A DNA stretch of 64,000 nt from Naegleria gruberi (taxonomy: Eukaryota): the NCBI GenBank assembly GCA_000004985.1, contig GG738890.1. One strand, given 5' to 3'. The stretch's first letter is position 1. The number at the start of each line of letters is the position of its first letter. Below are positions 20,343 through 31,432 of the stretch, piece after piece. The position numbers and the translations under genes are program-made. Under the pieces are notes generated by a model. The model did no database searches. It was not told the origin of the DNA and saw only the letters and a list, made by a program, of their open reading frames with translations.

Positions 20343-22661
20343 ATGTCCTCCCTCTCCACTTCCTCATCTTCTATTAATTTTATAAACAGTGATTTGTTTT
20401 TTGGAGTTTCAGACCTTTGTCAAGTTGAAAATAATTTAATTGACAAGTGGCAAGAGAAATTATCAAGTGCTTTACAAATAGATAATTTAAAAATACAAAT
20501 TAGATGGGAAAGTTTATTTAGTAATGTGTTTAGGAATGAAAATAAGTTAGTTCTCTTCAACGGATCAAAATTATCATTAAGAAATGAATTTTCCTTTTTA
20601 AAAAGTGAAATGCAGAGTCAGGAATTGCCTTCCGATAAGAGAAATTCGAATCATTTATTGGTAATTGTTCCACCATTTACAAGTAGCAAGCTACTTTCGA
20701 GTATTGAAAAATATTTTTCATTATTTATTCTTTCGTTAATGAAGGAATCGGATTCGAATAGAATTCCAGTGTTATTTGAAGAAATTAGAAAGTTTGTAAT
20801 TGAATTTCAAAGTGAAGAAACAAATAATCAAAGTAGATTTGATAGAAAGAATGGCGAGTTTATAGAAATTATTAATTTTGATAGAAAAAATCAAAGATGG
20901 TCAATAATTGACAATTTACCAAATTTAATTTTAAATGATGACATTTGTGTTGAAACAATTTTCAAAAAAGTAATTTTAGAAAATATTAATTTAAAATTGA
21001 GAAAGAATTTTTCAAAATATTTAACACATCCAATTAATAGTTCATTTAAATTTGAAAATAATCAAAAATTAATTGAAAATCTAGTTCCAAAATTGGATAT
21101 TGATTGGTCGAGTTTCCAAAATAGTCAAATTGATAAGATTTTATTTACAAAATTTGTTCAATTTAATAATTCACAATATTTTCTACAATTAATTTTACAA
21201 TCATTTGAATATTTATTTGAAAATATTCCAAATGAAGTATTTTTCAATGTAATTACTGATTCAATTCATTCCATAGAAATTGAATGCTCACACTCTTCTT
21301 ATATTAAAGATTGTGCAAGAGATAAATACTCTTGTGAAAAATCTCATAAGGAAGGTTTTACAATGAGATCTAAAATTCAATATTTACCACATTTACAAAA
21401 GTATACTCTTAAATTATTATATCCTTCTTTTAAATTTGATGATAATATATTATTGGAATATAGTGATGAACAAGTACTTCGAGAATATGAACAACATTTA
21501 TTGAATATTATTGAAATTGCTAATATTATTTCATACAGTTCATTTCAATGTATATTTAAATTTATTTATTCAAAGTTTTACTTGTTGGAAAAGTATCAGC
21601 TACAGTGGTTGCAATCTGTGAGTGAATTACCTGAAATTAAGGAATCTCCAAGAAAACTTCGATGTTTCTATAATCAATTCCAATTGGAGAAACCATTCAT
21701 TACTTATACTCATTTATCGGCTGCTCCAGCAAAAGCTAAATCACCAAAATCACCAATATCTCCAAACATGGAACCACCAGTAGATGAAGATTTAAAGGAT
21801 TCTGAAACAGTTTTTCATGATACGACCAACAAACTCTTCAACTCTGAAAGAAATGTTTTTGTTATTGATGGAATTCCTTTCAGATTCTTTCCACATCATG
21901 TTCATTCATCGAATTTGAATGCATTCTTTGATGCCAATTTGAAAAAGAAGGGATTTTTAGGTGAGAAGGTTATTAGAATTTGGAAAATTGTTAAATTCAA
22001 CAAGAATCATGTTGCTCAAGAACGTTTATTCATTTTAACAACAAAAGCCTATTGGACATTCAAGTATACAGATAACGAAAAGGCAGATTTGATTGAACTC
22101 AATGAAAAGAAGAGTTTCAAGAGACATGCCTTAATTGACTATGCAATGATTGATGTTACAAAGCTCTATCAACAAGTGTCTCTTACATCTTCATCAAGTG
22201 TTTATGGAAGTGGAATGAGAATTTTAACTCGAGAATCTAAAAGAAGAAATACTGTCATGCTTTCTAAAAACGGAAGTCAATTCGAAGAAAATATTCAAGA
22301 TTCCAAATCAAAAACAGTTGAAGAGGAATGTGATCCAGATCTTGAATTTGTAATGTTTGTAGAAGAAGGATGGACAACAATGTCAAGCTCAATCTATGAT
22401 CACAACATGACTGAAAATGCAAGAAAACAAAAAGAAAAGAGAAGCAAATCAAATGAACATTACGAAAGCTTATTAATGGTTGATTCAGGGAAATCAATCA
22501 TTACAACAGATTTACAAAAACAAATCCTTTTGGAAATGGCTTATTGTATCTATTCAACAGCTAAGAGTTGTGTTCCATTCAGTCAATCAATTAGTCCACC
22601 ATTTACGGATTGTATCGTGTTAAGACAAAAGAAAAATCTCTTGAATTCATTCAGATTTTAA
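20343..22661 (+). CDS. hypothetical 772-aa protein
   Basis: single long ORF, N/K/F-rich, no recognisable domain. Confidence 0.45.
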   Translation: MSSLSTSSSSINFINSDLFFGVSDLCQVENNLIDKWQEKLSSALQIDNLKIQIRWESLFSNVFRNENKLVLFNGSKLSLRNEFSFLKSEMQSQELPSDKRNSNHLLVIVPPFTSSKLLSSIEKYFSLFILSLMKESDSNRIPVLFEEIRKFVIEFQSEETNNQSRFDRKNGEFIEIINFDRKNQRWSIIDNLPNLILNDDICVETIFKKVILENINLKLRKNFSKYLTHPINSSFKFENNQKLIENLVPKLDIDWSSFQNSQIDKILFTKFVQFNNSQYFLQLILQSFEYLFENIPNEVFFNVITDSIHSIEIECSHSSYIKDCARDKYSCEKSHKEGFTMRSKIQYLPHLQKYTLKLLYPSFKFDDNILLEYSDEQVLREYEQHLLNIIEIANIISYSSFQCIFKFIYSKFYLLEKYQLQWLQSVSELPEIKESPRKLRCFYNQFQLEKPFITYTHLSAAPAKAKSPKSPISPNMEPPVDEDLKDSETVFHDTTNKLFNSERNVFVIDGIPFRFFPHHVHSSNLNAFFDANLKKKGFLGEKVIRIWKIVKFNKNHVAQERLFILTTKAYWTFKYTDNEKADLIELNEKKSFKRHALIDYAMIDVTKLYQQVSLTSSSSVYGSGMRILTRESKRRNTVMLSKNGSQFEENIQDSKSKTVEEECDPDLEFVMFVEEGWTTMSSSIYDHNMTENARKQKEKRSKSNEHYESLLMVDSGKSIITTDLQKQILLEMAYCIYSTAKSCVPFSQSISPPFTDCIVLRQKKNLLNSFRF

Positions 22662-22673
22662 TGTACATAAAAA

Positions 22674-23975
22674 TCATTTCCTTGTTAGTGTTACAACTAA
22701 ACCACAATGATCAGATGGGAATATATCAACAGTTCCACTCTTCACCTCTTTAGTTTTAAATGGAGTATCTCCCAATATTTCAATATCTGTTGGTTGGAAT
22801 GTATCACTTTTGAGAATCGTTCTATCATATCTTGAGCCATCAGTATGAGTTTTACCAAGATTTGGATATTTCAATTGTTGCCAAATGTCAACATGTTCTG
22901 GGAAGAAGTTTACAAGATTTTCATTTTCCAAAGGTTTTGTAAACCTATTAAAATTGGCTTCACTGTCAAAGTTAAAATCACCACAAACAAATGAGGTAGA
23001 ATAGAGTTTGGAGAATGAAGAAATGAGATAGAGTTGTTGAGCTCTCAATGATTGATTATTCAAAGATTCCAAATGTACAGTTGTAAAACACACCAACTCT
23101 CCATTCACATTCAATTCTACACTCATTGCCCACCGAGACATGTTTGTTGGAAGTTTGTTCATAAACATTCTTGTCATTGGCATACTCTTCTTAATAAATA
23201 TTGAAACACCATATGGCATTACTGTTCTATTTCCAAATTCAACACTATCTGAAATGTAGAAATTCTCTCTTACATATGAAAGATTAGTCATAATTTCCAA
23301 AGTTCCTTTTGTCATTTCTTGTAAACAAACTATATCAGCGTTACAATCTTTACAAATATCAATAATTTTAATCATTCTATCTTCTCTATCTTGTAAATCA
23401 AACCAAACATTGAATGTAAGAACTTTAAAAGATGTCAAATCTGAATTAATATTTTTCAATTTTGATGTCTTTACAATCCATTTATCTCTAACAAATTCAT
23501 GAATTGGAATTTGATAGCAATCACTCTCAGGAACAGTATCAGGATCAAAAACAATCTTTGATTTTACCTCTGATGAAACTTGTCGATCAATCTTTTGAAT
23601 GATTTTAGTATTTTGTGATGGATTTTCCTCTCTGTCTGATGACTGGTTTGATGATGGCGTATTTCCTCCTCCACATAATTTTACTTTAATATCAAGTGTA
23701 GTTATTCCTTCTTTATTGATGGGAATTATTTCATCATCCAAATCCAATTTATCATCATCATAAAGTGAGAAGGAAGAATTGGTTGAAGAATTGTAAACTG
23801 ACAAGTTGTGTGGTTGTTGCATAGTAGTGCATGATGGTGGTATATTTAAATTTTCGTTAATTAATTTCTTGAGTCTACTTGTTGTGAGTGGTTCATGATC
23901 CCTAACATTGAAAGCTTTGATTTTTTGGTGTGGGAACTTGATATGAAATTGAGACATTTTTTTGAAAAGTATCAT
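22674..23975 (-). CDS. TDP2-like: TDP2/TTRAP-like endonuclease-exonuclease-phosphatase (EEP) family phosphodiesterase with N-terminal ubiquitin-like segment
   Basis: LTFNVWFD...IVCLQEM, FTTVHLES, CGDFNFD, FPSDHCGLVVTL (TDP2 FPSDHWGLL); N-terminus HIKFPHQKIKAFNVRDHEPLTTSRLKKLINENLNIPP aligns with ubiquitin residues 2-38. Confidence 0.75.
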   Translation of the reverse strand: MILFKKMSQFHIKFPHQKIKAFNVRDHEPLTTSRLKKLINENLNIPPSCTTMQQPHNLSVYNSSTNSSFSLYDDDKLDLDDEIIPINKEGITTLDIKVKLCGGGNTPSSNQSSDREENPSQNTKIIQKIDRQVSSEVKSKIVFDPDTVPESDCYQIPIHEFVRDKWIVKTSKLKNINSDLTSFKVLTFNVWFDLQDREDRMIKIIDICKDCNADIVCLQEMTKGTLEIMTNLSYVRENFYISDSVEFGNRTVMPYGVSIFIKKSMPMTRMFMNKLPTNMSRWAMSVELNVNGELVCFTTVHLESLNNQSLRAQQLYLISSFSKLYSTSFVCGDFNFDSEANFNRFTKPLENENLVNFFPEHVDIWQQLKYPNLGKTHTDGSRYDRTILKSDTFQPTDIEILGDTPFKTKEVKSGTVDIFPSDHCGLVVTLTRK

Positions 23976-24051
23976 TATTCATCAAACAAGATTCATTGAA
24001 TCATACTTTTATAGAATTGAGTATTTAGATTGGAGTGGTTTATTGGATAAT

Positions 24052-26262
24052 CTAGTCGAATTGTTTTAAGAAATAAGAAGGATTTGGTTCTTCACCAAGC
24101 ATGTTTCGAACAATTTCTGTTGGATCCTTGCTAGCTCCACACAATGCTTCCTTTCTAAACTTTTCGCCTGCTTCTCTGTTGAGTGGATTTTCGAGTGGAT
24201 AATAGAATTTATACCACAAATGATCACTGAAAACTTTAGAGTAGAGGTAAGAGTAATAACCAGCGCCGTAATTACTAAAGTGAATGAATTGACCAGGGTA
24301 TGATGTCATTTCACAATGAGGTTGAGCAGAGTATTGCTTTCTCAAGTCGTAATAAACCTGTGGAATTGATTTCTTAGTTTTTGTAACTGGATCGATAATT
24401 GGCCATCCACTATGATAAGTAATATCCATTAATCCAAACATGATTTGTTCTTCAATATCCAATCCTGTAAACATTTGTTTTCTCTTCTTTAAAATTTCAA
24501 ATTGTGAGTAAGGCAGTGGTTCATCAGTTCTGTAATGTCTAGCAAATGTTTGCAGAACTCTGTAATCCCAAGCAAAATGTTCCATAAATTGTGAAGGTGT
24601 TTCAACAAAATCAATACTAGTTCTAGTACCAGAGAGATTTTGATATGGAGTTTGTCCGAAAATAATATGAAGACTGTGACCCAACTCGTGGAAGATGGTA
24701 ATTACTTCAGAGTGGCTTAATAGATAGACACGTTCTGCTGAGAAATTGTCTACGACTGTAGGATCAATATTACAAACAAGGGCAGTAACTGGTTTTTGAT
24801 CTATTGTGGTCTTTCCACATCGAATACTAAAGTTTGCAGCTTCAACATTCTTTGATTGTCTACTGAAAAGATCCAAGTAAATTGTACCCAAAAATCCTTC
24901 TGTTTCATGGATTACTGATAATTTTCTAATACTTGGATGATAGGTTTCGCTATCTGTCATCTTAACTGGCTCCAATCGAATACCAAAAAGGCTATAACAA
25001 ATAGAATAGATTCCTTCCATTACCTTATGAAGTGGGAAATAGTCAGAAACTGAAACTGAGAAAGGTTCGACCTTTTGAGTGGCAATTGATCTAAGCAAAT
25101 GATAATCCCATGGATAAATATCATCACTCTTCTTGATAGCTCTCATTACATCAATTTCTTGTTCAACTTTTGGCCTTATGCTTTGAGCCAAATCTGTTAA
25201 AAATTTGTGTACATTTTCTGGATTTCTGGCACATTGGTCATGTAAAAACCAGTGAGAATAAGAAGGATAACCCATATCCTTAGCATATGTATCTCTGACT
25301 TGCAATAATTCATCTAAAATTGACAAGTTTGTCTCAGAGGAAGAATATTTGGCATGATAAATCTTTTTCCTGGTATCTTCATCCTTCAAGCTCACTAATA
25401 TTTGATTGTAATATGAAGGTCTCACAAATTGCTTTCCTTCATATGAGAAAATATATTTAGAATTATAAAGTGGTTCTCCTTGTTTAACTTCAACAAGTAC
25501 AGCATCTTTAGTTTCCAAATTATTGAATTTTGATACGGATTCACTAAATAAATATGCCAAAGAATCCATGTATGATCTTAATTCAACTGTTTTTGCTTCT
25601 TCCTTTTGTTGATGTACACCTCCATGTTTTTCCATATCCTCTTGAAGTAATCTTAAACAACGTTGTTGTAAAGGATTTAAGTATTCTGCAAATGATTTGT
25701 CTTTAACAACACTTGCTATTTTTTGATGAAGGAGTGAATCAGTATTCAATTTGTGAAGATATTGAGAAAATTTAGAATGTACAGTATCAGCCTTTTGTCT
25801 GAATGGATTTCTTGGATCTACACATCTAATAAATTCCATAGCATCTAAAAAAAGGCATAATTGATTAGAAATTTCATCAGACATGTCCAAAATCTTTTCT
25901 GCAAAATCTTTTTTAGAACTGCATTCCTCCTCCGTTAAATTTATAATTGCATTTCTTAAATTATCACAATTTTGATGAGCTTTATCCATCAATTTATCAA
26001 AATCAGTTAATTTTTGAATATCCAAACCAATAAGACCTGTTGACTCATCGGAAATGTGTTTGTAAGGAAAATTATTTGGTTGATTTTTTTCTGTAAGAAG
26101 AAGTTCAAAATTAGGTATGGTTGGATCTTTCTTTTGACTTTTAAATGTTCTACAATTATTATTATTAATACTATTAATCAGAAGAATATTTTTGAGTGTT
26201 GTTGTATTTTGATTCTTTACTCCCGAAATAATTCTCGAAAGTGCTGATGATGATTTTAGCAT
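24052..26262 (-). CDS. MIPEP-like: M3-family zinc metallopeptidase (mitochondrial intermediate peptidase / thimet-oligopeptidase-like)
   Basis: 736 aa; HEXXH in FHELGHSLHIIFGQTPYQNLSGTRTSIDFVETPSQFMEHFAWD matches the MIP [23 protein letters not shown]...; N-terminal presequence-like region. Confidence 0.8.
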   Translation of the reverse strand: MLKSSSALSRIISGVKNQNTTTLKNILLINSINNNNCRTFKSQKKDPTIPNFELLLTEKNQPNNFPYKHISDESTGLIGLDIQKLTDFDKLMDKAHQNCDNLRNAIINLTEEECSSKKDFAEKILDMSDEISNQLCLFLDAMEFIRCVDPRNPFRQKADTVHSKFSQYLHKLNTDSLLHQKIASVVKDKSFAEYLNPLQQRCLRLLQEDMEKHGGVHQQKEEAKTVELRSYMDSLAYLFSESVSKFNNLETKDAVLVEVKQGEPLYNSKYIFSYEGKQFVRPSYYNQILVSLKDEDTRKKIYHAKYSSSETNLSILDELLQVRDTYAKDMGYPSYSHWFLHDQCARNPENVHKFLTDLAQSIRPKVEQEIDVMRAIKKSDDIYPWDYHLLRSIATQKVEPFSVSVSDYFPLHKVMEGIYSICYSLFGIRLEPVKMTDSETYHPSIRKLSVIHETEGFLGTIYLDLFSRQSKNVEAANFSIRCGKTTIDQKPVTALVCNIDPTVVDNFSAERVYLLSHSEVITIFHELGHSLHIIFGQTPYQNLSGTRTSIDFVETPSQFMEHFAWDYRVLQTFARHYRTDEPLPYSQFEILKKRKQMFTGLDIEEQIMFGLMDITYHSGWPIIDPVTKTKKSIPQVYYDLRKQYSAQPHCEMTSYPGQFIHFSNYGAGYYSYLYSKVFSDHLWYKFYYPLENPLNREAGEKFRKEALCGASKDPTEIVRNMLGEEPNPSYFLKQFD

Positions 26263-26676
26263 TTTTTCTTCTTCAATTTTGATTGAATTTGAATAAAGTT
26301 ATTATTAATAATAATTTACATCATCACTATTATCCTATACTCTGGTGAATTCATAAAGAGGAGTTCTGTTAATGTGACTTCACAAATGTCTCCAAGGTTC
26401 TGTTAGTGGTTTGATCAGAATTGGTCAACCAGTTTGATTGCAAGAAACAAACTCTTGATATCTTTAGGACCTAATGTATGATTTGAAGGGAATGGGTTGA
26501 TCACAATTCTTCATCTTTCTTCTTTCCTATTTGACACATAATGTCCTTGCTTTCTTGTGAGCTTTCCATAAGGAATTGAAAGGAATTTGAGAGCATTGAA
26601 TCTGGCTTTTCAATCAGATTAACCCTAAGAAATAAGATAACTCAATGAATAAAAGAATATATAAAATTTAATTACA

Positions 26677-28332
26677 TTATTGATTTACAGGTGTCACCCT
26701 ATTTCCAACTTTTTTTCTTACGGCTTGATTTCTATTTTGATTTCTCTTAGGTTGTTGAGCAGCTTTACCACCACCAAAGCATGACAATAATCCTCCTAAA
26801 CAGCCAACTTGAACTTCTTGTTGGGTGTGGTTGATATTACCTGTACTGTTATTTGGATTACTGTTCTGGGCCGTTTGCTCATTTTGCCCAGTACTTTGCT
26901 GGTGTTGCAGCTGTTTTTTTGCCACTTTATCTACAGCTTTTCTTTCATTGTTTTGTTTTACCTGTTGTTGAAGTTGTTTCTTTTCTTTCATCAGCAGCTC
27001 AGTAATTTCATGGAGTTTGGCAAGTTCAGTCTCTTTCACTGAGAGAATTTCTTTCATATCCTTAATCATTAAAGCCTTTTGGTTGAGTGACTCGGTTAAT
27101 AGACGTATTTCTTCTTCTTTATCTTTTCCATGAGACATGAATTGTTCATCTCCTAAATGGAAAGATGCACTTATACCAGCCTGTATATAATATCCTTTTG
27201 GTTTCTTTCCAAGTGGGAATGGTTCGCAATCTTTATCTAGCATTACAACACCATCCCATTGAGGTGGCAGTTCACTCTGTTGGTACATTCTGCATACTTT
27301 TACATATAGTAATGATAATTTATCATTATCATTCATTCTGTGAAGTTTGGAGAAAGTATTCATTGCAGCTATGAATTTTCTCTGTTGAAACATATCTAGA
27401 GAGGTCTTGAAATCTTTCCTTCTGTCAGGAGAGTACAAAAATACATCCCAATTAGAGTCATAAACTTGGAAGAGATCATAAGGGGAATTAGAGAGGAAGA
27501 ATTTACCGAAAGGACTAATGTTCATGGCTTGATTAGATGTTTTAGATGTTAGTGCATCACTCTTCTGTACAACTTGTGAGGATACAACAATTGGTATATC
27601 ATACATTCTACCTAGGTTTGCCATTCTTCTCATAATTTCTTTAGAAGCGGTCATAATTAGAAAATCTGAATGTTTGTCATTAAAGTGTACTGGTCCTACT
27701 TTGCAAGGACATGTATGAATTACTATATTGATATTTTCTAATAACAAGTAATTTCTCTCTGCACCATTAGATGAATAACTTGAAGACTTGGAGCATTCAA
27801 GTGCGTTTTTCCTAACGGTATCTATACAATCAAAAGCACACTCTATAGCATTTAAGGAATGTCTTGCTTCAAATACAACAATGAAATAATCATCAAAGAA
27901 CTTGTGAAAGATACCATGTTGTTTTTGAATGATCGGGCTACAAAGGGTTAAAAAGTTATTGATGAAAACATTTTCATCATTGCTATTCAATCCATTAAGA
28001 CCTGAAAATTGAAATAAGGCCACTGTCATATCCTTTGGTTTCCCATCAGAAAATGTGCTCCTTGCCATACCAAAAAAGTCTTGAGGAATTAATGCAGAAG
28101 TAGATAAGGCATATATACTGTGTTTGCTTTGTATCAGGTTTGCTGTAGATCCACCCGTATGTGTCGAAACCAGTCTTTCCATCAATGATCCTCCTCCATC
28201 CTTTTTCCTCGAATCCAAATTTGCTGTAGATTTTGAAGAATACATAGTGCTCAAAGAATTCTTAGATGATTTATCATCCTGACTACTTCTTGTTGATGAC
28301 AACGAATCAACGTCGTCCTTAGGTTCGTTCAT
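26677..28332 (-). CDS. cyclase-homology-domain (class III adenylyl/guanylyl cyclase-like) protein, probably catalytically degenerate, with C-terminal coiled coil
   Basis: TVALFQFSGLNGL...GIFHKFFDDYFIVVF...IVIHTCPCKVGPVHF...DFLIMTASKEIMRRMANLGRMYDIPIVVSSQV follows CHD topology (FxDIxGFT / GDxY / RIGIHxGPV / VNxASRMES) with substitutions at the metal/substrate positions; coiled-coil and Q-rich tail ending CLGGLLSCFGGGK. Confidence 0.5.
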   Translation of the reverse strand: MNEPKDDVDSLSSTRSSQDDKSSKNSLSTMYSSKSTANLDSRKKDGGGSLMERLVSTHTGGSTANLIQSKHSIYALSTSALIPQDFFGMARSTFSDGKPKDMTVALFQFSGLNGLNSNDENVFINNFLTLCSPIIQKQHGIFHKFFDDYFIVVFEARHSLNAIECAFDCIDTVRKNALECSKSSSYSSNGAERNYLLLENINIVIHTCPCKVGPVHFNDKHSDFLIMTASKEIMRRMANLGRMYDIPIVVSSQVVQKSDALTSKTSNQAMNISPFGKFFLSNSPYDLFQVYDSNWDVFLYSPDRRKDFKTSLDMFQQRKFIAAMNTFSKLHRMNDNDKLSLLYVKVCRMYQQSELPPQWDGVVMLDKDCEPFPLGKKPKGYYIQAGISASFHLGDEQFMSHGKDKEEEIRLLTESLNQKALMIKDMKEILSVKETELAKLHEITELLMKEKKQLQQQVKQNNERKAVDKVAKKQLQHQQSTGQNEQTAQNSNPNNSTGNINHTQQEVQVGCLGGLLSCFGGGKAAQQPKRNQNRNQAVRKKVGNRVTPVNQ

Positions 28333-28936
28333 AGTATTAGAGCTCTAAAGAGTAGAGGAAGAGATAATTAAGGAATGGATTTGTAATTTTTTTTCTAGTT
28401 AGGGTCCGCACCGTTATGTATTTAAATTGGATCTTTGAAAAAGTTAGGCCTACGTTTATGCCGACTTTTTTTTGTTGGTTGTTTTCATAAAATTGGGATG
28501 TAATTGGTCTTCAACAGCAACAAACTGTAGATTTTGAAAAATATGGTAAGAATATTTTAATCAATCCAACCCATCAAATTACATTAGCCTCTCAACTCAT
28601 ATATTGACATGCAGAGATTAGTGTTTGGAGACAAGAATTATCATTTCAAATTAACATCTCTCACCTCTCTCTCATTCAATCACTAAGAGTTCTTCAGAAG
28701 TCTATCAACATCAATTGGTAACGATTAAGGATTCTTAAATTGGTTGTAGAGAGATTTAAAAGTGGTGCGATGGTTGAGCTCAAGCCTGTTGAGCAGTTAA
28801 AAACGTACGATAACCGAATATTCGGGCGCCTTTTCGAACTCTAAGGCTCGAAAATTGTTCTGCAGTAGTTTAGGTTCCAAAAAGTTCATTCAAATTCAGT
28901 AGTTTGTTGGCCAAATTATATACAACACTTACTATT

Positions 28937-31172
28937 TTATTGATAGGCAGGGTTTTGGTTCATTACCTTAACAAATTTACGTCCTTGATCACTATTATTG
29001 TTATTGGTTGTTTCATCATCACCACCAAAATCAAGGGTTCTCTTTACACCCCTCTTTGAAATATCACTATTATTGATCACTGACGATGTCGATTCACGAT
29101 TAGGTGTTGTCGATATTTGATCAAAGTGTTTCTTTGTACTATTTGTTCCAAATTCATAAAGTGCTTTTGTTCTTGGTGTCAAAAGAAGGGTTGTATGATA
29201 ATTATCTTGATGTCTCATTGGTGATAGTAAACTGTTCTTGGAATAGTTAGACTTTCGTGGAGAGAGAACAAAGTTAGGTGCAATTTTGGTTTTTGTGAAA
29301 ATTTCAACATATGGCATTTCTGGTCTATCAAGTGCTGCACCTGAAGTCTTATCGAGAATGAATCCTTTAACAGATGGAATATATACCAAGTTATAGAATT
29401 TGACAATATCTCCCAAATCACCTTCTTTGTCTAATGGTACTTGCCAAAGAATTTTACCAATTTCGACTGGCGATATCATTCTTATATTTTCGCATATAAT
29501 TCTATAGTTATAAATAATATCTTTAAATGAAATACGCATTCTATTCACCTTATTACAAATAGCATACATGCTACACATGATTATATGATCAACATGTCTG
29601 CTAACCATCAGACCTCTAGCTTCATTCAATACATAATACACTGTGTGCCACACTTCTTCCATAAGATCCATTGATATTATCATTGGTTCCTCAGAGTTAC
29701 TTTGTTGTGTTTGGTTAAAGTGATAACATAATTCTTGAATTCTTCTGGAGACTAGTTTGTACATTTTTCTGAAAAAGAATAGAACAGAATATGAACCCTT
29801 TGGAGCTGATTGTGGTTGTTGTTTTCTTGAGGCCATTGGGCTATACATTCCAAAGGATTCAATATTTGAATTTCTGTTTGGAGTTTCATTTCCAGGTTTT
29901 GGTGGTTGTGGAACAACACTTGTACTAAGTTTGGAATACAGCACAGAGTTCTTCTTCCAGGCTAATGAGTCCAATAACACTTCTTCTATTGATTTAAATT
30001 GACGTTTCAGGGCACTGTTTAGCCATGTGGCATTTTGGACAAAACTTTCGAGAACTATCGATAATTCAAATGGTTCTAATACAAACTCATTGAGTAATAC
30101 TTGGAGGTCAATGGTATCTTTTGAATTGTAGGCGAATGAAACGCATTCAATAGAACAAATTGTTAAAGATCTGTGGAAGTTTTCGTTTGTGAGGAGAGTT
30201 GAAAAATTAGCAGTGCCACTTAGTCTTTTTTCTTCGCCTTGGAGCATATGTTTCAAGGTACCATAGTAAATTTTCATTATTTCCTGTTTTCTCTTTTCCT
30301 TATTAAATAATAATAGTGATTCAAAGTTAACTTTGTCAACCAAGCTCTTAAGTCTGTTTTCTATTGTGGATGTTTGATCTATATTACAGGATTTAAAGTA
30401 GCCTAGTAAAGTTTCATCTGGTGAGCTAGAAAGACCTTTTGTAGACTCTTCAATAAGCTGTATAACAAGAAGACTTGCTTGTAATGGAGTTTGGGATGTT
30501 GCAGTAAAGTGTCCTGGAGATCTTAAAGGGGATCGGAATGGATCGTTATGTTGTGTTGGTTTAGGTGGATTGAGTTGATAAACTGGTGCAGAACTGATTT
30601 TTGAAATGTCACCAATAAGATTGATATCATTTCTGTAGAGGAAAATTCTTTCATCAAAACCTAACGATCCCAAGGTTAAATCTTCATCCTTATCAAACAA
30701 CATATTCAATTTAGAGAGTGAATCAATATTGTTAACAAAATCTGAAAGGTTTTCAATTGTTAACTTTGAAAGGGTTGTTCTAATATATTCATCATATCTT
30801 GAATCTAATTTATCCTTTGAGATATTGCAAATAGAAAATAATTCTTCAATTGTTTCGGATAGTCTAGAGTTTTGTGATGCTTTCCACATTGAGATCATAA
30901 AATTAATCAACAAGTTTACACTTTCTGTAAAATCCAATAATGAAGAAGGTAAATGTCTAGCAAGAAGAACCAATATTATCCAACCAGCCTTAAAGTTATC
31001 CATTTGCAAGTTTGGAGTAATTACTTCTTGGAAACATTCTTGGTATTTCTCAAAAAGACAATGGCAAAGAACTAACTTCTTTTGAACCTTTTGGAGAACA
31101 CTATAGCAAGTGGTTGATTCGAATTGTAATGATACCATGTTATTATTCAATAATTCAAACAATTCTACCAAA
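28937..31172 (-). CDS. RB-like: retinoblastoma-like pocket protein, exon 3
   Basis: pocket B signature DHIIMCSMYAICNKVNRMRISFKDIIYNYR (Rb [28 protein letters not shown]); cyclin-fold A/B regions; starts at a TTG codon, so it is an internal exon. Confidence 0.75.
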
Positions 31173-31214
31173 CTTGATGAATGTTGTTAGAAATATCAAT
31201 TTGATAATACTCAC

Positions 31215-31390
31215 TTCATAGAAAAAGATCTGATATTGACTAAACTTCCAACAGATACAGAACTGTCAATCTTTAAAGAAAATTTGTTAAGATCAATCAT
31301 TTGCTCATCAGTAAATTTATCATCCTTTGAATTTTCTAATCTTGATGCTATAAACAAGGAACAAAATGCTAAATATGCTTGTCTATTCGG
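31215..31390 (-). CDS. RB-like: retinoblastoma-like pocket protein, exon 2
   Basis: 176-nt exon between two 42-nt introns (GTAAGT..TACTAAC..ACAG and GTGAGT..CAAG); skipping either intron hits in-frame stops. Confidence 0.6.
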
Positions 31391-31432
31391 CTGTAATATC
31401 GGTTAGTAAAATACTAACACTTTTCTACTTAC

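Noticed and set aside
28760-28880. Possible 5S rRNA or tRNA-derived element in a GC-richer spacer
   Set aside because: No alignment to 5S box A/C consensus and no cloverleaf fold could be built; retained only as an unexplained GC island in the findings
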